DNA of 64,000 nucleotides, from assembly GCA_963837805.1 (NCBI GenBank), contig CAWIOU010000019.1, positions 26,610 through 90,609 of the forward strand. Direction: 5' to 3'. The translations under genes were made by a program, and so were the position numbers. The stretch comes from an uncultured Acidimicrobiaceae bacterium. GTDB lineage: Bacteria; Actinomycetota; Acidimicrobiia; Acidimicrobiales; RAAP-2. Every line of letters begins with the position of its first letter. The first letter of the stretch is position 1. The notes below the pieces were generated by a model. It was given only the letters and a program-made list of their open reading frames with translations. It was not told where the DNA came from and made no database searches. Shown here piece by piece: positions 1 to 7,524 of the stretch.

Positions 1-467
1 GGCCTTCAAGGACGTGGAACCCGAACGGAGGGACCCTAACCTATGGGGGCCGTCCTGTGCCGATGGCAACCTCGTCTAGTCCGAAAGGGCCTGGTTGCGG
101 GGCACCTCCCGCCTTACCGACATCGGGCCGCTGGCTACGGAAGTGGTTCCGAAACCGTGCGCCCCTCGGCTGGGAGCCGATGGATGAAGAACCGGAGCCT
201 GGTTCCGAATGAGTCACGACGGTGCGTCCAGCCGGATGGCGATCCCGGGCCAATCCGGCCAGTAGGCGGGATTCAGCTAGGCATGAGCGTCGGGCGATGC
301 GCGGTGATGTACAGGGCTGCTGAGCAGGGACTTCCCAAAATCGCAGACAGGTCACGCAACATGGGGTCGGAAAAGATTAGACGCAGATTAGACACGGACG
401 GCTATTTGTCACACCCGGTAAGTACCCTCCGATCACCGTCACCGTGACGGCGAAAGGAAGCTGCGCC

Positions 468-617
468 ATGACCCCCGAACTGTCCAATGATCTCACAGAC
501 ATCAGCGCCCACGTCGAGCATGTTGCCATCAATAACCCGGCTGGGTCCGATCTCAATATTCTGGCCCACGCCATTCACAATCTCTCCAAGGTCATCGAGA
601 GACTCGCAGACGGCTAG
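468..617 (+). CDS. small hypothetical protein (49 aa)
   Basis: ATG at 468 sits 7 nt after GAAAGGAAG (SD-like). The peptide looks helical (MTPELSNDLTDISAHVEHVAINNPAGSDLNILAHAIHNLSKVIERLADG). It is too short for the supplied ORF track. The stop at 615-617 lies 11 nt before repeat copy A. Confidence 0.4.
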   Translation: MTPELSNDLTDISAHVEHVAINNPAGSDLNILAHAIHNLSKVIERLADG

Positions 618-628
618 GTGTCGGAAGT

Positions 629-684
629 GCCGGCCCCGGAGCGCAGGTGGCGGAACCCCGCTCGACGGGGCCGGCCGGCGAAGG
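629..684. repeat. structured ~55-nt repeat, copy A
   Basis: gccggcccc-g-gagcg-caggtggcggaaccc-cgctc-gac-ggggccggc-cggcgaagg. It has an outer 9-bp stem and an inner 5-bp stem. It is homologous to the copies at 2532 and 3673, with compensatory changes in both stems. Confidence 0.75.
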
Positions 685-766
685 CCATAGCTGCTCGACC
701 ACGATTATGAGGGACCATGACCACTTTGCTCTACGATGAGTCAACACTCACAGAGGGGTAGAGGCG

Positions 767-1207
767 ATGCAGAAGCTGACGAGGATAGCCCTTCCGGTGG
801 TCGTTATTGCGGCCGTGGCGTTGGTCGGCTTGTCTCCCGAAGCAAGTTCAGCCGCTACTTCTCAAGCCAGGACGAGGGTCACCTGCAGTTCGATAAGCGG
901 TATCTTTCAGCCCGGTCAAAAGCTCACACTCAGTGGATGCACCGGTGCCACCGGCGGATCTGGAACAACTGCCGCCCCGTTCTTCACCCCAAGCACTATC
1001 CAATGGAAGAGCGGCGCCACGACGACGGTGACATTCAATCCGTGGGTGCAACTCCATGCGACCAGCACATGTCCTAACCAGACAGCGTTAAGGGATGGTC
1101 GTGTGAAGAGCACTACATTGAAGGGCATCACACTCCACTTCTGGGCAGACTTCTGCCTCCGTGGGAATCGCGTAAGTCTGGTGCCCGGAACGTTGATGGA
1201 CTTCTAG
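767..1207 (+). CDS. secreted hypothetical protein (signal peptide, 4 Cys)
   Basis: The ATG is preceded by a GAGGGGTAGAGG purine box. The N-terminus MQKLTRIALPVVVIAAVALVGLSPEASSA looks like a signal peptide. No family recognised. Confidence 0.6.
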   Translation: MQKLTRIALPVVVIAAVALVGLSPEASSAATSQARTRVTCSSISGIFQPGQKLTLSGCTGATGGSGTTAAPFFTPSTIQWKSGATTTVTFNPWVQLHATSTCPNQTALRDGRVKSTTLKGITLHFWADFCLRGNRVSLVPGTLMDF

Positions 1208-2206
1208 TAACCGCAAGTGGATCCGCCGACTACGACGCCCCAGCCGGGCCCGGCGATGTTCACCGACCCGAGGGGCAATGGGTGGCGCTGCTCAATCACG
1301 GGGTTCCAGGTGATAGTTGCGATCGAATCATCATCTCGAGTTAGCGTTGTTGCCGGAGTCGACTCGTCACCGAGGACTGGCACCGACCCGTTTTCAATGG
1401 CCTCAGCCACGGTCATTCTGGTCCCTTCGACGGGAATCTCGAGTTCTATAAGTCCGGCGCTCAGGGCGCAATAAGCCGTCGCAGGGATTCCATCGCTCGC
1501 TGTCATTCCTGTAGAGACAACGCCGATGACCCGGCCAGCGACACTGATGACAGGGCCACCGCTCATCCCAGGCGGGTACAGCGCACCAGTGCGGAACGAA
1601 GGGAAGGTGACCAAAGAACTGTCACGTCGGGACTCGTGCACTTCCTCGATGCGCCCTCGTGAGGTGCAGAGTGCGACGGATCCGGTTGCTTTTGTTTCGA
1701 CCGCCCTGCCGACCTCTATCTTGGGATACCCGACAGAAAGACAGTTCTCACCAAGCACGGGTGGCTCAAGGCCCAGCCGCATGATCCGAGGAGGCGCCAC
1801 GTTCTCATGTAGCTCAGCAACCATGATCGCTACGTCTGACGAGGGCACTCGACCGCCGCGAAAAGCCATGCCTACGACCCAGCAAAATGTTAGGGATAGT
1901 TCACGGCCCGGCTGTAGACGATCGGGGAAGCCAACAGCCAGTCCTCCCTCTTTCATATTCATCAACGTTGTGTCGAGCCGTTACGAGGATCGGATGCCCT
2001 CGATCGACTTGGCCCACGACGAAGGCCGTGCCGAGGCCATTGGCAACGGGCCCGTACCCCGGACGATGTACAAGCGGTACAACCCCAGGCGCCATCAGCG
2101 CCCGCGCGTCTCCCTCTAGGGCAATGAAATCGCTCTCTGTGATTGAGATCGGAATTCCGGGAAGGGTGCCCTCAGGGGTCATAGATCGAATCGTAAACCC
2201 AAACAT
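1204..2206 (-). CDS. trypsin/chymotrypsin-fold serine protease 1 (frame change within 1901-1965)
   Basis: ORFs 1901..2206 and 1204..1965 together supply His (ILVTARHNV), Asp (SDVAIMV) and Ser (PPGMSGGPV) motifs. No signal peptide. There is one frameshift in the sequence as given. Confidence 0.7.
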
Positions 2207-2254
2207 ACGTTCGACGCTGAGCTACAACACGTCCTCGGGTTCGACGGCACGTCG

Positions 2255-2482
2255 CTACAGGGCAGATTGCGCCCGACCCGGAGATTGCTCGGCGATCACG
2301 CTGCAGACACCCCACCGCACAAGAGCCCTGCAAACCTCACACTGAGCGAGGCCGGCATCTATGGGCTCAGGAATCTCGTTGCCCAACGCAACGAAGCCCC
2401 GTGGTCGGTTGGCTCGGATTGAAAGTCCGTCGGGGGCGCGGCAGACGGGGCAACCGAAGTGGTCGAATCCGTCACTGTGCAT
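2255..2482 (-). CDS. small zinc-ribbon-like protein (75 aa)
   Basis: Contains CPVC...(about 35 aa)...CEVC. Same strand as protease 1 and 49 nt upstream of it. Divergent from the Cys/His ORF at 2644. Confidence 0.5.
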   Translation of the reverse strand: MHSDGFDHFGCPVCRAPDGLSIRANRPRGFVALGNEIPEPIDAGLAQCEVCRALVRWGVCSVIAEQSPGRAQSAL

Positions 2483-2531
2483 GACAAAAGGTTATGGCGG
2501 CAATCGGTCAAACGGGTGGATTCCCGAGGTC

Positions 2532-2587
2532 GCCGGGCCCGGAACTCGGTGGCGGAACCCAGTTCGACGGGCCCCGGCCGGCGAAGG
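2532..2587. repeat. structured ~55-nt repeat, copy B
   Basis: gccgggccc-g-gaact-cggtggcggaaccc-agttc-gac-gggccccggc-cggcgaagg. It lies in the divergent intergenic region between 2482 and 2644. Confidence 0.75.
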
Positions 2588-2643
2588 TTGCGGCCAGTGG
2601 GTAGCCCTGAGCGCAGGTCACTCTCTCGCCCTACCGTGGGCCC

Positions 2644-2931
2644 GTGGAGCACTACGCCAACTGCTTCAGCCTTCGCTCGGGGCACTGTTTTCGGATGATT
2701 CAGGCCGAGAATGGCACAGGGCATGCCCAGCGTTGCCCGTACGCTACGATCTGGCGTGGTCGGTGCAAGGACAACGCTGGCAAGTGGCATACGATCGTGG
2801 CCTGCGACGGTCACCGAGCCGACCTGAGCGAGGTCCGGAGGATCAGCGTGTTCTGGGCCGCTCCGCTCAGGGCTGCCCTGGATCGACGGACCATCGTTTC
2901 TTCATCGACAGAAAGACGGCGGCGAGGATGA
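2644..2931 (+). CDS. Cys/His-rich small protein, paralog 1 (family unknown)
   Basis: GTG start. 46 of 66 aligned residues are identical to ORF 5777..6010 by hand count. Shared pattern: HYAxxFxLxSGxCFRxIQAExGTGHAQxCPYxTxWRGRxKDNAGxWHTxxACxGHRA. Confidence 0.55.
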   Translation: MEHYANCFSLRSGHCFRMIQAENGTGHAQRCPYATIWRGRCKDNAGKWHTIVACDGHRADLSEVRRISVFWAAPLRAALDRRTIVSSSTERRRRG

Positions 2932-2968
2932 TGCCGGGGAGCCAGAAGAACCAATACCCGACGATCAT
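2867..2968 (-). CDS. tiny single-TM peptide (33 aa)
   Basis: MIVGYWFFWLPGIILAAVFLSMKKRWSVDPGQP, with high third-position GC. Its ATG overlaps the TGA of the upstream ORF (ATGA). Below the ORF-track size cutoff. Confidence 0.35.
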   Translation of the reverse strand: MIVGYWFFWLPGIILAAVFLSMKKRWSVDPGQP

Positions 2969-3114
2969 GCCGAGCGATCACAACCACCTTGCACCAGTCG
3001 ACAGGCCCGGCGAACGCGTGCGACCTGCACGACCGAATAGATGACAAACGCGAGCCCGCCCGCCAGCACAACTAGGAGGATCAGCCCCTGCTCCCCGAAG
3101 ATGTCCGCTCCCAT
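2965..3114 (-). CDS. tiny single-TM peptide (49 aa), or C-terminal TM of the upstream protein
   Basis: MGADIFGEQGLILLVVLAGGLAFVIYSVVQVARV... The open frame also continues upstream to 3558, so it may be fused to the 3165..3558 protein if an indel is present. Confidence 0.3.
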   Translation of the reverse strand: MGADIFGEQGLILLVVLAGGLAFVIYSVVQVARVRRACRLVQGGCDRSA

Positions 3115-3164
3115 CGAGTCGAACAGTAGCCGGATCAGGGGCCGGTTCGCGGCTGGTAGTGCGG

Positions 3165-3558
3165 TCAGCCGTGCATCGTGTGAAGTAGCTGCGGAAAGTA
3201 GTTCGCCGCGAGACCGGTCAGAAAGCCGGCCGGGACACTCTGCAACTGATTCAGCGCCCACCCGATCACCGTCCTCGACGGTTCGGGCATCTTCGTGACG
3301 GCCCGAATCGTGTCCGACGGCGCCCCGAATCTGCGCCGCCTGGTCGCCTTCGATGCCGGGGGCACCGTCGTCGAGGAACCTGACGACGGCCGTCACGACG
3401 ACCTCGATTTGCTGCCCTTCCTCGACGGTCAGCACGTAGTCGGGAAAGACGATCATCGCCGCCTGGCCCTGCACCACCGTCGCGTCCTGCGCGCTTCCGA
3501 ACCCGATCCTGCTGCCAAAACCGCCCCTTGGACTGAATCCGTTGTCGAATCCGCTCAC
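3165..3558 (-). CDS. hypothetical protein (frame change near 3290-3300)
   Basis: GTG at 3558. The N-terminal part (SGFDNGF...VVTAVVRFLDDGAPGIEGDQAAQIRG) has high GC3 in one frame. From about 3295 the high-GC3 frame switches to ...EPSRTVIGWALNQLQSVPAGFLTGLAANYFPQLLHTMHG, with the stop at 3165. Confidence 0.35.
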
Positions 3559-3672
3559 TTACTTGCCTCTCGTCCCCTCTGGCTTGACGCCTTGGTGCGC
3601 CGGGTCCGCGCCCCTCATGGCAAACGAACCCGGCTAGACAGAGCATCGACGCAGCTAGCGACGACCTTTAGA

Positions 3673-3727
3673 GCCGGGCCCGGAACTCGGTGGCGGAACC
3701 CAGCTCGACGGGCCCGGCTCGGGAAGG
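3673..3727. repeat. structured ~55-nt repeat, copy C
   Basis: gccgggccc-g-gaact-cggtggcggaaccc-agctc-gac-gggcccggc-tcgggaagg. It lies in the divergent intergenic region between 3558 and 3875. Confidence 0.75.
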
Positions 3728-3874
3728 CTACAGCCCGTAATCTCGACGCCATGAACAAGCGCCAGCGATTCATCAACGCAGCCAGTCGAGCAGTCGCATC
3801 GGGATCGGGTCATCTCGGCGCACTAGGACACCTCGCTGAACGAGTACGGCCTCCCGTTGCCGCCGGGGCGGAAG

Positions 3875-4090
3875 ATGTCCGACGAGGAGCACGAAGCTCT
3901 GGCCGACCGAATGGAGGAGCACGTCCGACTGGTGCTGGCCGGGCAACTCCCAGCCGACTCGCCCCCCGACTTCGTTCCGCCAGCGAGCGGCGAGAACGAG
4001 AAGGGTCAGCCATGGTGGTGGGGTCCCGACTTCGACGCCGACCAGGCCAAGAAGATCATGGACGCCGACCGAGACGAGAACGCCCCTTAG
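3875..4090 (+). CDS. small acidic hypothetical protein (71 aa)
   Basis: The ATG is preceded by GGGGCGGAAG. High GC3. Peptide: MSDEEHEALADRMEEHVRLVLAG...GQPWWWGPDFDADQAKKIMDADRDENAP. Confidence 0.55.
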   Translation: MSDEEHEALADRMEEHVRLVLAGQLPADSPPDFVPPASGENEKGQPWWWGPDFDADQAKKIMDADRDENAP

Positions 4091-4185
4091 GCCGTACCGG
4101 AACCTACGTCTGTCTTTCGTCACCGGGATGCGCGTGGCGTTCGGAAGGAACCCCAAGGCAAGCGAACCGGATTGATGGCTGCGAG

Positions 4186-4974
4186 TTAGTCATACTCATT
4201 CAAGAGGCGGAGGACGTGCGTGGACGGGACGAAGTGGGAGAACTGAAGCGGCAATCCGGTACTGTCGTGGAAGTGTCCAGTGTTGATCCCGACGACTCGC
4301 ACTGGACGGTGGGGAGGACCGGACAGACCTTCTCCAAGGTAGAGGCCACGCTGAGTAGCAATGACTGGTGCTCCAGACATACCGGCTCGGCTCAGTGACT
4401 GATAGAGCAGGACTTTGCTTGTTCGTGAGTGTTTCCTGACCTCAACGGGTACCCGTGGATCGCTGGCGATGATGCCAGCCAAGAGGACTGGCCTGTCATT
4501 GATTGTGTCTGGCAAGTCTATGTACCCCGGAATAACGAGGAAATCACCGGCGGAAATGTCTGTAGTGAATCCAGCCTCGTCGCACAGTTCACCTTCGTTG
4601 ATGCCCATTCCGAGTGTGACCGGACCGACATGCCTCTTTATGCGTCGGCCGTCGAGAATGGCTAGGTCGACATCGGGATCGCTGGAAAAGACAGGTGGAT
4701 CGACGAAGGAGAAGACCTGTCGTTGCTCGGACGCTAGATCGTCGGCGTAGTGATAGCCCTCTGCGGTTACCTCGTCGAGCGTCCATCCGATCCGCGTGGA
4801 ATAGCGTGGATCAACAAGGTGACGGCATGTCACCAGCAGGTTGGCCCCGTCTGAACGTTGAACGAACGCTCCCGTACCGGAAGCCGTTCTGGTGCTGCCA
4901 TCAGGAAGCGTGTAGGAGATTCTGAGCCTGAATGAAGCGTAGAGCTGAGCCGTTCGAAAACCTAGGTCCAACAT
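4186..4974 (-). CDS. trypsin/chymotrypsin-fold serine protease 2 (intact)
   Basis: His (LLVTCRHLV), Asp (DVDLAIL) and Ser (AGMSGAPV) motifs sit in one 262-aa ORF. No signal peptide. Confidence 0.75.
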   Translation of the reverse strand: MLDLGFRTAQLYASFRLRISYTLPDGSTRTASGTGAFVQRSDGANLLVTCRHLVDPRYSTRIGWTLDEVTAEGYHYADDLASEQRQVFSFVDPPVFSSDPDVDLAILDGRRIKRHVGPVTLGMGINEGELCDEAGFTTDISAGDFLVIPGYIDLPDTINDRPVLLAGIIASDPRVPVEVRKHSRTSKVLLYQSLSRAGMSGAPVIATQRGLYLGEGLSGPPHRPVRVVGINTGHFHDSTGLPLQFSHFVPSTHVLRLLNEYD

Positions 4975-4981
4975 AGGCCAG

Positions 4982-5296
4982 TCAGTCTGCCAGGCTCAGC
5001 AGGGTCGAAGTCGGTGCTGCTGCTGAATTGACGAGCAGCGTAAACGTCTGAGTATTAGTGCCGACCGAGTTCGTCACCTTGAAGGTCAGCGTGAATGTGC
5101 CCTTGGCGCTGGCCTTGCCGGTAAGCGTGTCGGTCCCACCGCCGGATGAAGTAAAGGTCACTCCGGTGGGAAGCTTGCCCGACGGACGGCAAAGGGCCGC
5201 CCATCGGGCGGCACTGTGGGAATCGGGGGGCGGAGCCGTTAAACTTGGGACTGTCAGTCCCGATCGGGAGTCGCCGCCCTGTTTACTCCGGACTGA
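4982..5296 (-). pseudogene. 3' remnant of an Ig-like-repeat surface protein gene
   Basis: Open frame with no upstream start. The C-terminal part, ...GKLPTGVTFTSSGGGTDTLTGKASAKGTFTLTFKVTNSVGTNTQTFTLLV..., resembles bacterial Ig-like/He_PIG repeats. It is bounded upstream by an in-frame TAG at 5297-5299. Its stop lies 7 nt before the protease 2 ATG. Confidence 0.35.
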
Positions 5297-5302
5297 CTAG
5301 TA

Positions 5303-5337
5303 GCGTCGGTCCCCTTTTCCCCATCGGGGACCGACGC
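5303..5337 (-). terminator. perfect 12-bp stem hairpin (terminator-like)
   Basis: gcgtcggtcccc-ttttccccatc-ggggaccgacgc. On the minus strand it follows the small ORFs at 5378-5754 and precedes the Ig-like remnant. There is no U-tract on the minus strand. Confidence 0.45.
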
Positions 5338-5540
5338 GCCCACCTTTGGCCTTTGGTGCACAACTCCGCTACGCCACTTATCCGCAGGTGCTCGGGTCCG
5401 ACGAAGTTGCCCATGGATCAAGGTACGGCATACATGTGTCGATGGTGATGTGCACGGTTACCGGCGGTGCGCTTTCGGCGGGAACCGTGCGACTGGTGCC
5501 GTCGAGCCGAGTCGGGATGTCTTCGCTCCGGGCCTGTGCC

Positions 5541-5754
5541 CTATCTGTGCTCCGGGTGCCTGGCGTGCCCGTGGCAGTAGCCCTGGAGGCACTGCCCGCA
5601 TCTGGTCTGCGAGATCTTGATACAGGTCGGGTTGGAGCACATGCCGCCACTCGCGCTGCTCCACGTCGATGTCTTCACCCCAGCCACAGTGGTGGTCGCC
5701 GACATGGACGAAGCCTACGCCCAGGGAGTCCATTGTCAACCCGACACTGTCCAT
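5541..5754 (-). CDS. small Cys-rich (zinc-ribbon-like) protein, possible counterpart of 2255..2482
   Basis: The high-GC3 frame 5541..5705 encodes ...MCSNPTCIKISQTRCGQCLQGYCHGHARHPEHR. An N-terminal piece in another frame (MDSLGVGFVHVGDHHC) resembles MHSDGFDHFGCPVC of ORF 2255..2482. Either a frameshift or an alternative start is needed. Confidence 0.3.
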
Positions 5755-5776
5755 TCATCCGAGCGCCTGAGCGCGT

Positions 5777-6010
5777 GTGACAGGCGGCTGGAACTTTGGA
5801 GCCGTGGATCACTACGCCGAGGCGTTCTGCCTGACCTCGGGATTGTGCTTCCGACTCATCCAGGCCGAAGATGGCACAGGGCACGCCCAGCACTGCCCCT
5901 ACCTGACTGAATGGCGGGGACGCTTCAAGGACAATGCAGGCCGGTGGCACACGGTGGAGGCGTGCCAGGGCCACCGGGCGGGCCCCGACTCCGTCCAGCG
6001 GATCGGGTAG
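5777..6010 (+). CDS. Cys/His-rich small protein, paralog 2 (family unknown)
   Basis: Paralog of 2644..2931 (see that entry). The conserved block starts at VDHYAEAFC (GTG at 5804 is an alternative start). Confidence 0.55.
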   Translation: MTGGWNFGAVDHYAEAFCLTSGLCFRLIQAEDGTGHAQHCPYLTEWRGRFKDNAGRWHTVEACQGHRAGPDSVQRIG

Positions 6011-6011
6011 C

Positions 6012-6917
6012 TCACTGCGACGAGCGGGGTTGCCTTGTTACCTCGGCGTTGCACTCCCGACATCTGCTCGTCAGCCCGTCCCGCTTGCCCTTGTGCTTGC
6101 CGAACGCCTGCAGCGGGAGAACCCGAGTGCATCTGGTACATCGCTTCATGTTCGGAGGCAGCTCGACCTTCGACCGAACTCGACCGAGAGGGACGCGGAC
6201 CGCTTTGCCATCAGCGTCTACCTCACCTGGGAATGGACGGCGTGGAGGCGACAGGTCTGCCTCAGCGTCATCGGCTGGACGGTATACAAACTCGTCCTCC
6301 AGCAACTTGAAGAACTCGTCGTCAGTCAGTACGCCCTTCCGCCGATTGCAGGGCTCGCAGGAGGGAACGATGTTTGAGATGTCGTTGGTTCCTCCCCTCG
6401 CCAAGGGCACCCGGTGCTCTCTCTGGAGCCTCTTACCGCCCTTGCCGCAGTAGTAGCAACGTCCGTCGTACATCTCTCGGATGAACCGCCACACGTCATC
6501 GCTCAGACCAGGGGCGGGGACTCGGTTGACAGGTGAACGACCGCGAGGGAGCGTCGGCGGCACCACGTCGGTCAGAACGACGCTGGAGCGGCCCTTCTGG
6601 ATCGACCGAGAGAGCTGCTTGGCGTGCCGCTCGGCATCCTTACGCCGACGATGCTTCGTGGGGCACACGCGGTAGCGCCCGGCGTTGTCCCAGAGAATGT
6701 CGATGAACTCCTCGTAGGGCCTGAAGATGCGGCGACCCCGAGCTGAGAAGTAGGGGGTCCGCTTCTTCTTGCGGACCACCTTGACCTGCCATGACACCCC
6801 GCACTGGTGTCGACTCCAGTTTGGCTTCGCTCCACAGACGGCGCACGCCGCCACCTCAGCGATCCCTCGACCATCCGGGAACGGACAACTTGCCCTTGAA
6901 AGTGTGGCTACCGCCAA
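6012..6917 (-). CDS. HNH endonuclease
   Basis: CYYCGKGGKRLQREHRVPLARGGTNDISNIVPSCEPCNRRKG is an HNH core. There is a C-terminal CTRC...CREC zinc ribbon. Confidence 0.8.
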   Translation of the reverse strand: MAVATLSRASCPFPDGRGIAEVAACAVCGAKPNWSRHQCGVSWQVKVVRKKKRTPYFSARGRRIFRPYEEFIDILWDNAGRYRVCPTKHRRRKDAERHAKQLSRSIQKGRSSVVLTDVVPPTLPRGRSPVNRVPAPGLSDDVWRFIREMYDGRCYYCGKGGKRLQREHRVPLARGGTNDISNIVPSCEPCNRRKGVLTDDEFFKLLEDEFVYRPADDAEADLSPPRRPFPGEVDADGKAVRVPLGRVRSKVELPPNMKRCTRCTRVLPLQAFGKHKGKRDGLTSRCRECNAEVTRQPRSSQ

Positions 6918-6971
6918 AGATCACGTCGCAAGGATACGGCCGCGTGTCGGGACCCGGTGGCCTCCGAGGGG

Positions 6972-7520
6972 TCAGGCCGTGAGGATCTGCGCCTGAGAAG
7001 CCGTCACATCCACGACCGGCCTCACCTTGTGGCGGTAGGCGGTTGCCAGCATCCGCACATCGTTATGACCGGCGAAGTCGGCCACTTCCCTGAAGGTGGG
7101 TCCCGGCATCAACCAGGAGTGAGATAGCCGTGTGGCGTAACTCGTTCGGGCTGAGGCCCACGATGCCGATCTGGACGCCGAGTTCGTCCACCGACCGTCG
7201 CAGGTTGGAGGGGTCGATGGGGGTGCCGATGTCCGTGGTGAACACCAGTCCGTGTTCTTCCCACGCAGGTGATGCCAGGCGCACCCGCTTCTGCTGTGCC
7301 TTGTAAGCCTTCAGCAGCGCGGTCAGCCCGTCCGGCATCTTCAAGGTGCGGTCGCCTCCTGCCTTGGGGTGTTCGATGGCAAAGGTGCCGTCAGGCAACC
7401 TCACTTGCGCCTGCTTCACGGTGAGCGTGCCAGCCTTCAGATCAACGGCAGACCACGGAAGGCCCAGCACTTCCCCAGGGCGAAGCCCCATCCAAACAGC
7501 GGTCAAGCCGCACCCTGGCG
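6972..7520 (-). pseudogene. tyrosine recombinase (phage integrase) catalytic domain lacking its N-terminal domain
   Basis: GLRPGEVLGLPWSAVDL...ELRHTAISLLVDAG, then one frame change, then ...FREVADFAGHNDVRMLATAYRHK. This gives the R, HxxR, H and Y motifs. The N-terminal core-binding domain is absent. The reading frame is fused to the upstream DLH domain. Confidence 0.7.
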
Positions 7521-7524
7521 CGCT

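Noticed and set aside
2541-2575. tRNA or tmRNA fragment (an att-site relic), because the loop and 3' part read GGAACCCAGTTCGACGGG, reminiscent of a tmRNA 5' end or a T-arm
   Set aside because: There is no acceptor stem, no GGTTCGAATCC-type T-loop and no CCA context. The three copies are better explained as a hairpin repeat family.
629-3727. The structured repeats as integron attC sites, with the truncated integrase as IntI
   Set aside because: There are no RYYYAAC/GTTRRRY core sites at the repeat ends. The repeats sit upstream of ORFs rather than downstream, two of them in divergent spacers. I saw no IntI-specific features in the integrase remnant.
3295-4398. 367-aa plus-strand ORF, the longest in the island
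   Set aside because: The product is Arg/Gly/Pro-rich and low in complexity. The ORF overlaps better-supported ORFs (3165-3558 minus, 3875-4090 plus, protease 2), and codon third-position bias favours those. It is a typical GC-rich spurious frame.
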